DNA from: Candidatus Sericytochromatia bacterium | Lineage (GTDB): Bacteria > Cyanobacteriota > Sericytochromatia > UBA7694 > JACMQJ01 | DNA: 64,000 nt | NCBI GenBank assembly: GCA_046328015.1 | Contig: JAXLXH010000001.1 | Span: forward strand, 907,305 to 971,304 | Direction: 5' to 3' | Shown: positions 1 to 10,320 of the stretch, piece by piece | Layout of the letters: every line of letters starts with the position of its first letter | Position numbering within the stretch: the stretch's first letter is position 1 | Notes under the pieces: model-generated | The model's database searches: none | What the model was told of the DNA's origin: nothing | Seen by the model: only the letters and a program-made list of their open reading frames with translations | Program-made: the position numbers and the translations under genes

Positions 1-1
1 T

Positions 2-454
2 ATTAGAAAAGATGTTGATTTAGTTGGTAAATTCTCAGATGATTCATTTTTAATATTATTATCATCTACAGGTTTTCATGGAGCCTTAATTTTTTCTGAT
101 AGATTAAGAGTTAAATTATCAAGCTTAAAATATGATAGTTTTCCAGATTTATTTCTATATTTTAGTTTAGGTCTTACCTCCTTAGAAGAATCTGATAATG
201 ATAAAGATAAAGTTTTAGAAAAAGTTATAAGAGCTCTAGAAAATTCTGAAAAACAAGAAGGAAATATTCTTTCTTACTGTTATCAAAATAAGGTAGAAGA
301 GCATGTAACAGAAATAGAAAAAATATCTGGTTTATCTTCTGATATTATAAGAAGTGCTTTAGAAAATAATGTTTTTTTATTAGATGAATATGGAAACGAA
401 ATAGATTTTACTAAAACAGTTCATAAAGGTTGGTTTAATATACAAAGAAATTAG
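2..454 (+). CDS. Partial CDS, 5' end outside the window. C-terminal part of a GGDEF-like (diguanylate cyclase fold) protein with a degenerate active-site motif, SDDSF in place of GG[DE]EF
   Basis: Frame is open from the window edge to TAG at 452-454. Translation ...RKDVDLVGKFSDDSFLILLSSTGFHGALIFSDRLRVKLSSL... matches the GGDEF-domain pattern (DxxxRxGGDEFxxLL...A..R). Not in the ORF track because there is no start codon in the window. Confidence 0.4.
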   Translation: MRKDVDLVGKFSDDSFLILLSSTGFHGALIFSDRLRVKLSSLKYDSFPDLFLYFSLGLTSLEESDNDKDKVLEKVIRALENSEKQEGNILSYCYQNKVEEHVTEIEKISGLSSDIIRSALENNVFLLDEYGNEIDFTKTVHKGWFNIQRN

Positions 455-466
455 ATCTTTTCCTTA

Positions 467-1228
467 TTAAATAATTAAGCCTTTTCTTTGATTAAATAAA
501 TATATAGCAAAAGGTAACAATATTATATTTGAAATTATAGCTACAGATAAAGAAAGTATAGGGTCTATATAAGAAACTCCTAAAATGGAAAATCTAATTA
601 AATCTATAAAATATAGCATAGGATTTATATAACTAATACTTCTCCAAGGCTCTCCTAATAAAGCTACATTAAAAAAAACTCCACCTAAAAAAGACATAGG
701 AGTCATAACAAATGTACTAATCATGGTTAAACTATCAAATTGTTTTGCAAAATAACCAAAAACTACTCCCAAAGTTCCAAAAAAAGCAGATGTTAATAAA
801 GCTGCTAAAATTAGTAATGGAATACTATGTATGCTTAGATGAGTAAAAAATAATATTACTATAAAAGTTAAAAGACCTGTAAATAAAGCTCTTACCATAG
901 CTGCGCCTATATAAGATAAAGCTATTTGTGCTCCTGTTAAAGGTGAAATTAATAAATCATTTATAGTTCCTGCAAATTTTGCTATAACTAAAGCAAATGA
1001 AGGATTTGAAAAAGAACTATTTATTAATGTCATAGGAATTAGCCCAGAGGCTAAAAATTGAACATATTCAACTCCCATTACTTTTCTTCCAGTAAAAGCC
1101 ACACTAAAAATGATTAAGTATAATAAATTAGAAACTATAGGAGATACAGTCGTATCGACTAATATTTTAGTAAATCTGGTTACTTCTCTTCTAAAAAGGT
1201 GATATGCACCTATCCAATTACCTGCCAT
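467..1228 (-). CDS. ABC-2 type transporter permease
   Basis: 253-aa polytopic membrane protein, about 6 predicted TM helices, translationally coupled to the upstream ABC ATPase (stop 1231, start 1228). Confidence 0.8.
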   Translation of the reverse strand: MAGNWIGAYHLFRREVTRFTKILVDTTVSPIVSNLLYLIIFSVAFTGRKVMGVEYVQFLASGLIPMTLINSSFSNPSFALVIAKFAGTINDLLISPLTGAQIALSYIGAAMVRALFTGLLTFIVILFFTHLSIHSIPLLILAALLTSAFFGTLGVVFGYFAKQFDSLTMISTFVMTPMSFLGGVFFNVALLGEPWRSISYINPMLYFIDLIRFSILGVSYIDPILSLSVAIISNIILLPFAIYLFNQRKGLII

Positions 1229-1230
1229 TA

Positions 1231-2133
1231 TTATTGCCTCACTATTTTAACAAATATATCTTCTAATGAGGGTTTACCAACATCAACTTTTAGTAATCCT
1301 CCTTCGGTAGCAAGTTTTTGGATATAATAAGATTCATTACCTGTTTTTGTAGTAATTTTTACATCATTTTTATCAAATTTGATAATATCAGAATCGTTTA
1401 TTTTATCTAAAGTAAAATCTGTTTTTTGCAAAGTTGCATTTATTGTAGTTTCTCCAAAAAGATATTTTAATTCTTCTGTTTCTTTTTGAATAATAGCTTT
1501 ACCTTTATTTATTATAGCTATTTCAGAACATAATTTTTCAGCTTCTTCTAAATAGTGTGTAGTAAAAATTATGGTAGTACCTTTTTTATTTAGTTCTTGA
1601 ACATAATTCCAAATTATTTGTCTTAGTTCTACATCTACTCCAGCTGTAGGTTCATCTAAAATAACTAATTTAGGCTCATGAATAAGTGCTTTTGCAACCA
1701 TTAACCTACGTTTCATGCCACCAGATAACATTCTTGCTTTGGCATCTCTTTTATTAGTTAAATGAAATGCTTCTAATAACTCATCTATTCTTTTTTTTCT
1801 TTTTTCTTTTGGCACACCATAAAATCCAGAGAAAAAGTCTAATACTTCATACACAGAAAAAATCGGTTCATTTACTACTTCTTGAGGAACAACACCTAAA
1901 AGCATTTTTGCTTTTTGTAGTTCTTTAGAATTATCAATTCCAAAAATACTAACATGTCCAGAGGTTTTATATAAACTTCCTGAGATTATTCCTATTAAGG
2001 TACTTTTACCAGCACCATTGGGACCTAATAATCCAAAAATTTTACCTTCTGGAATAGTTATACTAACATCATCTAAAGCTTTTGTTTTATCTTCATATAT
2101 TTTAGATAGATTTTTTATTTCTACTGCATTCAT
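1231..2133 (-). CDS. ABC transporter ATP-binding protein
   Basis: Walker A GPNGAGKST, ABC signature LSGGMKRR, Walker B LVILDEPTAGVD, H-loop. Confidence 0.9.
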   Translation of the reverse strand: MNAVEIKNLSKIYEDKTKALDDVSITIPEGKIFGLLGPNGAGKSTLIGIISGSLYKTSGHVSIFGIDNSKELQKAKMLLGVVPQEVVNEPIFSVYEVLDFFSGFYGVPKEKRKKRIDELLEAFHLTNKRDAKARMLSGGMKRRLMVAKALIHEPKLVILDEPTAGVDVELRQIIWNYVQELNKKGTTIIFTTHYLEEAEKLCSEIAIINKGKAIIQKETEELKYLFGETTINATLQKTDFTLDKINDSDIIKFDKNDVKITTKTGNESYYIQKLATEGGLLKVDVGKPSLEDIFVKIVRQ

Positions 2134-2324
2134 TTGTTATTTTTTGTTGAAAATATTTTTACAATTATAAATCAGATTATATCTAAAAAAATCAATAATA
2201 CAAAGATATTACAAATTAAGATATTTTATTTTTTATAGGTTTTAAATTCATTTTAAACCTATGATACCATCTAAAAACCTTATAGCTACTACCTTATAAA
2301 TGAAGTACAAAATTAATTGTAAAA

Positions 2325-2374
2325 GTTGCTTATAGTCATCCTGAACTCGATTCAGGATCTAAGCAACTTTTTAT
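2325..2374. terminator. Perfect 8+7-bp nested hairpin (GTTGCTTA..ATCCTGAA-CTCG-TTCAGGAT..TAAGCAAC) followed by a T-run
   Basis: Inverted repeats read directly from the sequence. Lies in the gap between the end of the 7374->2604 operon and the start of the ABC operon. Confidence 0.45.
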
Positions 2375-2389
2375 AGCTTCTAAAATAAG

Positions 2390-2440
2390 AAAAACACACT
2401 AGATTCCGTATGCTACTACGGAAGGACAAAGTGTGTTTTT
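2390..2440 (-). terminator. Compound hairpin: 11-bp outer stem AAAAACACACT/AGTGTGTTTTT around an inner stem TTCCGT/ACGGAA. Probable intrinsic terminator of the 2604-7374 operon
   Basis: Perfect complementarity read from the sequence. T-rich on the minus strand after the stem. 160 nt downstream of the coiled-coil gene stop. Confidence 0.5.
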
Positions 2441-2603
2441 ATAATAATTTTAAGTATAGATAATTATAAACTTGTATTCTAAAAATATGGGAATAGCTAT
2501 ATAACTCCGAGGTATTCTATAATAAGAATAAAAAAATTGCCTAGTTTCTTTTATAAGAATCTAAGCAATTTAATTTATATACTTAAAATTTAATTATTAG
2601 AAA

Positions 2604-4031
2604 TTATCCTTTATAAGCTTTATAACCTTTTTCATATAAAGTTTTAACTAATATTTCTCTAGCTTTCAAGTTTATTTCTAAATCTAAAAGTGCATCAATT
2701 TTATCTTTTAAAGAATCTTTTGCTAAAATATCATCAACACTTAGTCCAAGATAATCTGCTACTATTTTTTCTTCTTGATTTATAAGTTTTATCCAAAGCT
2801 CTTCCAAAGCTACAGTTTCTGTATTATCAATCATTTGTCTAGTATTAGTATTCATTAATTGAGTTAATCTTTCTTTAGTATCATCTAAAGCATTTAATTC
2901 TTTTACTATAGATAATATTTCTGAAGAATTAAGTAAGAAGCCAGCTTTTAATTTTTCAAGTTCTTGAACTCTAACAGATAATTCTTGAACTTTACCTTGT
3001 AATTGAGTTTCAAGTTTTTTATATCTAGTTAGTTGAGAAGTAGCTTGTTCTAAATTATTTTTTAAATCTTCATTTTGTGTAGTTAATTCTTTATTATCTG
3101 TTTGTAAGTCTTCTATTCTATTTTGAACTCTATTTAAAGATTTACTAGCATCTTTACTTTGTTTACTTTGACTGATTAAATCAGAACCTATACTATTAAT
3201 TCTATCTTGGAATTTTTTATTTTCTTTTTCGATATTTTCTAATTTTTCTACATAAACTTTTCTTTCTTCTGCAAATCTTTTATCAGAATCAGCTTGTATT
3301 TTAACTAATTGAGCTTTTTCTTCGTCATACTTTGTTTTTAAAGTTTCCATTCTTTGCTCATATTTAGTTTTTAATTTTTCTTTTTCTATATCATAGTTTT
3401 GTCTTAAACTATTAGTTTCTTCTTTTTGTTTATTTTCAGAATCAGAAAGTTTTTTTTCTAATTCTTTTATTTTATCTTCAAGCTCTTTTACTTTACCAGT
3501 ATCAATTTCTCCTGATTCTATTTGTTTTTTTAATTTTTCTTCTTTATAAGAAGAAATTAAAGAAAAAACATTTTCATTAACATCTGGTTGAACTAGGTAG
3601 CAATAAGTTTCTACGTCATCTATATCAACTTCTTTAGTGATAACTTCTATATCATCAGTAGATAATGATGAAGATTTTAATTTCTCGATATCTATTTTTA
3701 AAGCTTTTTTATTTTCTAACCAATCTACACCTAATTGTTTTAAACTTTTTGGTATTTTTGATACTTGTTTTACAAGAAAATCATCAATATCTTCTTTTTT
3801 TGCATTTTTATTAGTTAATCCTTTAGTTAAAGCTAACATTTTCAAAGAAGGATTATCATTTATATACTTTGTTTTATGTATATTAGTTGGATAAAGATCT
3901 CTAAATATTTTTTTTAAAGTTTCTTCAGGAATCTCTTTTAGAGTTTTCTCTTCAGAAACTGTGTCATTTTTTTTATCTTCTTCTTTCATATTAATACCCT
4001 TATTTTTTGATTCAATAGTTATTTGCGTCAT
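2604..4031 (-). CDS. Hypothetical coiled-coil protein, 475 aa, extremely Lys/Glu-rich central heptad region
   Basis: Long ORF. Coiled-coil periodicity (EKLKTKYEQRMETLKTKYDEEKAQL...). 13-nt gap to the upstream 1109-aa gene. Confidence 0.6.
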   Translation of the reverse strand: MTQITIESKNKGINMKEEDKKNDTVSEEKTLKEIPEETLKKIFRDLYPTNIHKTKYINDNPSLKMLALTKGLTNKNAKKEDIDDFLVKQVSKIPKSLKQLGVDWLENKKALKIDIEKLKSSSLSTDDIEVITKEVDIDDVETYCYLVQPDVNENVFSLISSYKEEKLKKQIESGEIDTGKVKELEDKIKELEKKLSDSENKQKEETNSLRQNYDIEKEKLKTKYEQRMETLKTKYDEEKAQLVKIQADSDKRFAEERKVYVEKLENIEKENKKFQDRINSIGSDLISQSKQSKDASKSLNRVQNRIEDLQTDNKELTTQNEDLKNNLEQATSQLTRYKKLETQLQGKVQELSVRVQELEKLKAGFLLNSSEILSIVKELNALDDTKERLTQLMNTNTRQMIDNTETVALEELWIKLINQEEKIVADYLGLSVDDILAKDSLKDKIDALLDLEINLKAREILVKTLYEKGYKAYKG

Positions 4032-4044
4032 TTTATTCCTTATT

Positions 4045-7000
4045 CTAATTTAATTCTTCTAAAACGAATTTCTCTACTAATACACCTACCTTTTTTAATT
4101 CTCTTTCAAAAACAATGGCATCTTTATTCTCTTTAAAAAACTGTATGTATTCTAAAGCTTTTTCATCATCAATAGAATTTTTTAACGATTTTTCAAAATC
4201 ACTTAAAGCTTCGTTATAAATATTCATATCTGAATATAAAATACCTCTTTCAAAAAATGAATATGGGTTTTTATCATCAGTAGATATAATTTTATTCAAA
4301 TTATCTATTTCTTTGGCAAAAGGAAGCCCTTTAAAGTGCATTTCTTCGAAGTTTTCATTTGTACTTTCAAATAAGCCTTTTACTACAATATCTTCTATAT
4401 TATCTAAGTTATTATTATCTAAGAAAATAGAGAAACGTCTATTTTCCCACTTTTTACCATCACAAATAATAGAAAAAGAATTTCTATCTATCCTAATAAA
4501 TTTAGGTGCAAAATCATCTTCACAAAAGACTTTTTTAACATCAATAGAATTATTATTACTATCTGATACTATAAATTTTAAAGAAGAGTTTGCTAATCCT
4601 TCATAAGTTATAGAGAAATTTAAAGAATTATCTGATAAATTTATAAATGGATCATTTTTAACTTCTTGAACCTTAGAGTTCCAAATTACTGAAAATTCTA
4701 ATTCATGCTTTCCAGATTGAATAGAAACCGCATTATCATTTTTAGTTAGATATTGTTTAATAGATTTAAGTGGTTCTATTATAATTCCAGCATTATTAGC
4801 TATTAGTGGTTTTACTACACTATGATTTACTTTTAATCTAGCATCTTTAAATGGTGATTTTATTATTATAGAAGTTTTATCTAAATTATAATAATCAATA
4901 CTATTAGAAGCATATAACCTACCATCTTGATTAAATTTCATTGCTAGTACTTCAGGTTCATATTTTATATTTATTTCTGTAAAAGGCATAAATAATTTAG
5001 CTTTTTTATAATGAGTAGTTTTTTTAGCATCAATAAACTTGTTAGCATTAATTGAAAAATCGCAAGCAGCTAAATTATCAAATTTATAGTGTTGTGTATT
5101 TTTATTATTTCTAAAACAAGGTATTTGAGATTTTAAAGTTAAGATAACTTCTTCATCTTCTTTATATGAATTAGAGTATTCTTCACCTTGTAAATTTGGA
5201 ATAATAAATATAGAATATCTACCTAAATAAGAACCTTTTATATAAAATTCAAAATCATACCTACCATGAGTTAAATTAACTTCTGGCATTAATTTTTGAA
5301 TAAAGTTTTTATCTATAACATTACTATTAACATCTCTTTCTAATAACTCATTTACAAAACCCATAGAAATATTATTAGAAGTTTGAGAAGAATTAACTAA
5401 AGCTCTTATAGATATATCTTTAAATTCTATTTGAGAAATATCAGAACTAAGTGTAATGTGAGAATCATCTATATCAAGCAATTGATTAATTTCATATTCT
5501 ACATAGTTATTTCTATACGCTTGAAATTTTTGTGAAACTTTAAAGTTTATACATTCAGAAAAATTCCAACGATAATCTGAATCTATACTTAAATTAAGTG
5601 GCTTTGCAGTATTTAACCAAGCTATTTCATAAACATGAAATCTACCAAAATTTTTACATTCATAAACTTCGCAAGAATCATTTAACCATTTATAGTCAAA
5701 TCTTTTGGTTGTAAATAAAAATAATCTTTCTGGACCATATTTTATACTATAAGGAGATGGTTTTAATATCATCCCTGAATTACCATCAAAAAGAATATTA
5801 TCTTCTAATTCATAGTTTATTCTTGCTTCGAATTCTGATAAATGAATAGGTTCTTTATCAGCTATTAATAAAATATCTATTTTACCAGGTCTTTTATCTT
5901 TTATTGGATATACTATTTCACCTGTATAACAAACATCATCAATAGGGAAATCTTTAAGCATAGATATTTGATCAGTATTAATTAATTCTAATCTTTTACC
6001 TTTATTTTCTTGAGAAATTAAAATAAAATTTTCTAAATGAAGTTCAAAAATAGGAGCTGACTCTTCATTTTTTATTTTTAGGGCTAAAGAAGATATGATA
6101 TTTTCTTTAGGCAATAAAGATTCTATTTCAGCAAAATCGCTTTCTACAGATATTGTTTCATATAATGGTCTATTATCATACCAAATAAAACTTTCTACGC
6201 CTTCTAATGATAATTTTACAGCTTTTCTATGAGAATCATTATTACCAACTATTGGGATAAAAGTATTTTTTGATTTTATAAATAATTTATTACCACAAAG
6301 GCTTATTTTTTCATCTTCTAAAGAAGTTAAATCAGTTTCTTCAAAACATTGAGGAAAAAAATTATAGGCTTTTCCAGATATAGTATGTAAACCTAAATAA
6401 TGTTCTTCATCAAAGTATTGACCAGCTGTGGTTTTATTGCCATTTGGTAATATAATTTCTTCTTTACTATCAAGATTTTCTAAGATAGATAAAAATTTAT
6501 ATTCAGGAATAGAAGAAATATTTTTTACAAAATCATTTTTTATTTCTTGATGTTCAAAAATATAACTTAGTTCTTCTGAATAATGTTTATTAAATTTTTC
6601 ACAAAAATTTTGTAAATTATCTTCTGATAATGGCTCATTATCTCTATTAATAAAATCTACAAATGATACTAAAGTAGCAATAACAAGTTCTGCTTTACCT
6701 TGAAACTCTGATAATCTTTTATAAGTATTTTCTACTTCTTGTCTTACCAAACTTTCTTTACCCAAAAATTCTAATTGAGATTTATACCCTGTAATAGAAA
6801 AGTTTATTTCTTTAAAAAATTCTTTTAATTGAATACTAGGATAAAAGTATTTATAGTAAAATTTAAATAAATAAATTACATCTTCTAAACAAGATAAGGA
6901 TAACTCAGATTCTCTGGCAATATAATCAGTATAATTTATTTTACCTTTTATATTAGGAGGAATAATATTTTCTTCTATTAAAGCAGGTTCTAATATTTTT

Positions 7001-7374
7001 TTATAAAAATTTTCATTTACAGATAAATCATTATCATTGGCATAAAACTGCCAAAAATTATCTTCAGCTTTATTATCGTATTTTTTGAATGATTCTGTAA
7101 TACCTGCTAAAACAATTACACGAGCTTTTTTTAAGATTTTTTCTGTGTCATTGGTAGATAAATTATTTATATGTTCTTCCGCTATAAATAATCTATGCAA
7201 AGAAATAGTAATTTCTATTATTTCTTCCTTTAATGATGATACATCAATACTACCAAGTCTTACTCTTTGATCTGCATGGTAAGTACGTTCATTTTTTATT
7301 TTTTTTCTGTTTTGTTCGATTATATTGAAATATTTTTCAACTTCTTCGACAAACTCTCTAGGGCTTAGAGCCAT
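4045..7374 (-). CDS. Hypothetical large protein, 1109 aa, no recognisable catalytic motif, TPR-like helical C-terminus
   Basis: Uninterrupted 3.3-kb ORF. Soluble composition. Confidence 0.6.
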   Translation of the reverse strand: MALSPREFVEEVEKYFNIIEQNRKKIKNERTYHADQRVRLGSIDVSSLKEEIIEITISLHRLFIAEEHINNLSTNDTEKILKKARVIVLAGITESFKKYDNKAEDNFWQFYANDNDLSVNENFYKKILEPALIEENIIPPNIKGKINYTDYIARESELSLSCLEDVIYLFKFYYKYFYPSIQLKEFFKEINFSITGYKSQLEFLGKESLVRQEVENTYKRLSEFQGKAELVIATLVSFVDFINRDNEPLSEDNLQNFCEKFNKHYSEELSYIFEHQEIKNDFVKNISSIPEYKFLSILENLDSKEEIILPNGNKTTAGQYFDEEHYLGLHTISGKAYNFFPQCFEETDLTSLEDEKISLCGNKLFIKSKNTFIPIVGNNDSHRKAVKLSLEGVESFIWYDNRPLYETISVESDFAEIESLLPKENIISSLALKIKNEESAPIFELHLENFILISQENKGKRLELINTDQISMLKDFPIDDVCYTGEIVYPIKDKRPGKIDILLIADKEPIHLSEFEARINYELEDNILFDGNSGMILKPSPYSIKYGPERLFLFTTKRFDYKWLNDSCEVYECKNFGRFHVYEIAWLNTAKPLNLSIDSDYRWNFSECINFKVSQKFQAYRNNYVEYEINQLLDIDDSHITLSSDISQIEFKDISIRALVNSSQTSNNISMGFVNELLERDVNSNVIDKNFIQKLMPEVNLTHGRYDFEFYIKGSYLGRYSIFIIPNLQGEEYSNSYKEDEEVILTLKSQIPCFRNNKNTQHYKFDNLAACDFSINANKFIDAKKTTHYKKAKLFMPFTEINIKYEPEVLAMKFNQDGRLYASNSIDYYNLDKTSIIIKSPFKDARLKVNHSVVKPLIANNAGIIIEPLKSIKQYLTKNDNAVSIQSGKHELEFSVIWNSKVQEVKNDPFINLSDNSLNFSITYEGLANSSLKFIVSDSNNNSIDVKKVFCEDDFAPKFIRIDRNSFSIICDGKKWENRRFSIFLDNNNLDNIEDIVVKGLFESTNENFEEMHFKGLPFAKEIDNLNKIISTDDKNPYSFFERGILYSDMNIYNEALSDFEKSLKNSIDDEKALEYIQFFKENKDAIVFERELKKVGVLVEKFVLEELN

Positions 7375-7677
7375 TAATTTTTTTCAGCCTTTCAATCAAA
7401 TTAACGAAATATATTTTTTAAAGCTATTGCCAATAAAAGTTTTGAGGCAAAATATATAAATCTTGTAGTTTAAAGAAATAAGTCTTTTACTACAATTATT
7501 CAATTTTATCTTCAACTTTTACTTAGTTTAAAAGCTTCTAAAGTATTCTAAAGTTTACATTATTATTCTTTTTTGGTCAATTAAATAAATATTTAGAAAA
7601 ATTCGTAATATCGACAATCTTAAATTAATTTAATATAATTTAATTAATTTAAAAATATTTCAAAAAAGGTTTTTATT

Positions 7678-8013
7678 ATGTATGCAAAAAAAACTGACTA
7701 TGGATTAGAAATTACTCTTAAAGACAAAATGACCATGGAGCAAACAAAAGAATCAGGTATTCAAATTGAAGCTATAATGATGGAATATAAAAAGCAAAAT
7801 AAAAAGTTTTCTATTTTAGTTAATTTAACTGAAGTACAAAGACAAAGCCCTGAAGTAATGCAAGAAATAGGTAGAGGTATGTCTTTATCAAAAGAATTAG
7901 GCTCAGATAGAGTATCAGTTATTTTTAATAGTAGTGTTGCTAAATTACAAATGGCAAATAAAGCAAGAGAATCTGGGGTTTATTCTACAGAAAGACATTT
8001 TTCTATTACATAA
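7678..8013 (+). CDS. Hypothetical protein, 111 aa
   Basis: ORF with an A/G-rich region upstream of the ATG. No recognisable motif. Confidence 0.4.
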   Translation: MYAKKTDYGLEITLKDKMTMEQTKESGIQIEAIMMEYKKQNKKFSILVNLTEVQRQSPEVMQEIGRGMSLSKELGSDRVSVIFNSSVAKLQMANKARESGVYSTERHFSIT

Positions 8014-8073
8014 GATAATTATATGGAAAAAGCCTTAAATTGGGTTAAAAATGGAATAGAACCAAACTAAATA

Positions 8074-10320
8074 ATGAAAAAAAATATTAAAGGTATTGAT
8101 AAAATAGAAATTTCTAAAAATAATGATGGTGTTTCTATTGTTTTTGCAGAAAATGAAGTGGATTTATATAAAGGTTTAGGCTTTTGTCATGCAACGGATA
8201 GACCTTTACAATTATTATTAATGAGAATTTTAGGTAAAGGTTTAGCCTCTGAATTATTAGATTCTTCTGATGAACTTTTGGAAATAGATACTTTTTTTAG
8301 AAAAATGAATTTTTCATCTAGTTTAAAAACAGAAGTTGAAAAACTTACTGAAGAAAGTAAAATTAACTGCAAAGCTTATTGTGACGGTATAAACGAAGTT
8401 TTGAATAAAACTTATCCTTGGGAATTTAAATTAGTTGGTTATAAGCCAGAACCATGGACTATTGAAGATAGTATTCTAATTTCTAGGATAACAGGATATA
8501 TAACTTTAGCTCAATCTCAATATGAAATGGAAAGACTTTTTATTCAATTTGTTCAAAAAAATATAGGTATAGCTAGATTAAAAGAACTTTTCCCTAATAT
8601 TTCTGATGAAATTACTTCTGAAAATTTGGATTTGATAAAAAAAATAAAAGTATCTGAAACTATAGTTCCTGAAAGTATCAAATGGAATAATGTAATACCT
8701 AAAATGAATGCTTCTAATAATTGGGTTATATCTGGTAAAAAAACAAAATCAGGTAAACCTATTTTAGCTAATGATCCTCATTTGGAAACCAATAGACTAC
8801 CTAATATTTGGTATGAAGTTATGCTTAAAACAAAAGATAATTATGTTTTTTCTTCTACTATGCCTGGTTTACCAGCATTTTTATTGGGTAGAACTAAAAA
8901 TTTAGCTTGGGGTGCTACTTATACTTTTATGGATTCTGTAGATTCTTGGATAGAAGATTGTAAAGATGGTAAATATTTAAGAAAAAATGAATATATAGCT
9001 TTTAATAAAAGAAAAGAAGTTATAAAAAGAAAGAAAAAAGATTCTTATGAGATAACTTTTTATGAAAATGAATTAGGGGTTTTAGATGGAAACCCTAATG
9101 AAGAAGGCTATTATTTAATTACAAAATGGTTTCCTGTTTTTTCTGGTTCTAAATCTATAAATAATATTCAAAAAATTTTTAGAGCTAAAAATGTGGAAGA
9201 AGGTATGGAGTATTTAGGAAACTTAGAAACCTCTTGGAATTGGGTATTAGCAGATTCTCAAGAAAATATAGCTTATCAGATGTCTGGAATGGCTCCTAAA
9301 AGAAAAAATGGAATATCTGGTTTTTTACCAATTCCTGCTTGGGAAGAAGATACTCATATAAAAGCTTTTCATGACTATACCGAATTACCTAGAATAATTA
9401 ATCCAGAACAAGGTTTTTTTATAACAGCTAATAATAATCTTAATAATTTTGGTAAAACTTCGCCTATAAATATTTGTATGGGTGATTATAGAGAAAAAAG
9501 AATAAAACAATTATTAGAATCAAAAGAAAAAATTACTAAAGAAGATTGTTTTAAAATACATTATGATGTTTATTCTATTCAAGCTGAAAAATTTATGGAA
9601 ATAGTAAAAAAAGTTATAAGTAACTATAAAATTCAAGAAGAATTAGATAATATTTCATATAATTCATTTAATGGGCTAGTGTTAGGTGTTCCTCAAAATA
9701 AGCAAGAGTTTTTATTTAGCAAAGCTAATTTATTTATTTTAAAAAATTGGGATTTAAAATACGATTTATATTCAGAAGGAGCTTTTTTATTTGAATTATT
9801 TTATAAAAAATTGATAGCAGAAGTTTTTGGGCAATATCTAGGTAAAGATGTTATAAAATTTTTGTTAGAAGATTCTGGAATTATAATAGATTTTTATGAA
9901 AATTTTGATAACATTTTACTTTCAGAAAATTCTAATTGGTTTTATAAAGATAGAGATGAAATATATAAAGAGGCTATTTTATATGCTATTTCTAAAGAAG
10001 CTAAAAAATGGGGAGAAATTAATAAAATAAATTTAACCAATATCTTTTTTAATGGTAAATTACCTAATTTTTTAGGATTTGATAAAAATAATATACCGAT
10101 TAAAGGTGGAAGAGCTACAGTTCATCAGGGTCAAATCTATAAAAGTGGGAATAGAATAACTAGCTTTATTGCTTCTTTTAGGATGGTAACAGACTTTTCA
10201 GAAGATTATTTATATACTAATCTAATAGGAGGAAGTTCTGATAGAAGATTCTCAAAATTTTATCTATCAGGAGTAGAAGATTGGCAAAAAGGAATATATA
10301 AATGCTTGGGAAAAGATTAA
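8074..10320 (+). CDS. Penicillin acylase family protein (Ntn-hydrolase; penicillin amidase / acyl-homoserine-lactone acylase-like)
   Basis: 748 aa. SNNWVISGKKTKSGKPILANDPHL fits the N-terminal Ser nucleophile (S-N-x-W) of the beta subunit of the penicillin acylase family. Overall size and layout fit. Confidence 0.85.
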   Translation: MKKNIKGIDKIEISKNNDGVSIVFAENEVDLYKGLGFCHATDRPLQLLLMRILGKGLASELLDSSDELLEIDTFFRKMNFSSSLKTEVEKLTEESKINCKAYCDGINEVLNKTYPWEFKLVGYKPEPWTIEDSILISRITGYITLAQSQYEMERLFIQFVQKNIGIARLKELFPNISDEITSENLDLIKKIKVSETIVPESIKWNNVIPKMNASNNWVISGKKTKSGKPILANDPHLETNRLPNIWYEVMLKTKDNYVFSSTMPGLPAFLLGRTKNLAWGATYTFMDSVDSWIEDCKDGKYLRKNEYIAFNKRKEVIKRKKKDSYEITFYENELGVLDGNPNEEGYYLITKWFPVFSGSKSINNIQKIFRAKNVEEGMEYLGNLETSWNWVLADSQENIAYQMSGMAPKRKNGISGFLPIPAWEEDTHIKAFHDYTELPRIINPEQGFFITANNNLNNFGKTSPINICMGDYREKRIKQLLESKEKITKEDCFKIHYDVYSIQAEKFMEIVKKVISNYKIQEELDNISYNSFNGLVLGVPQNKQEFLFSKANLFILKNWDLKYDLYSEGAFLFELFYKKLIAEVFGQYLGKDVIKFLLEDSGIIIDFYENFDNILLSENSNWFYKDRDEIYKEAILYAISKEAKKWGEINKINLTNIFFNGKLPNFLGFDKNNIPIKGGRATVHQGQIYKSGNRITSFIASFRMVTDFSEDYLYTNLIGGSSDRRFSKFYLSGVEDWQKGIYKCLGKD

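Noticed and set aside
3637-3894. Track ORFs nested antisense or out of frame inside larger genes (3637..3894, 4313..4606, 7085..7270, 8187..8372, 13952..14299, 16803..17102, 19838..20062, 19849..20058, 21844..22032, 22651..22896, 25835..26095, 34547..34741, 36377..36628, 38919..39110, 39007..39210, 39975..40199, 41659..41928, 42782..42988, 43856..44047, 46597..46962, 54165..54356, 57902..58171, 59291..59518, 62073..62321)
   Set aside because: Each lies entirely within a longer ORF that has clear family motifs. Low-complexity translations are typical of spurious frames in AT-rich DNA.
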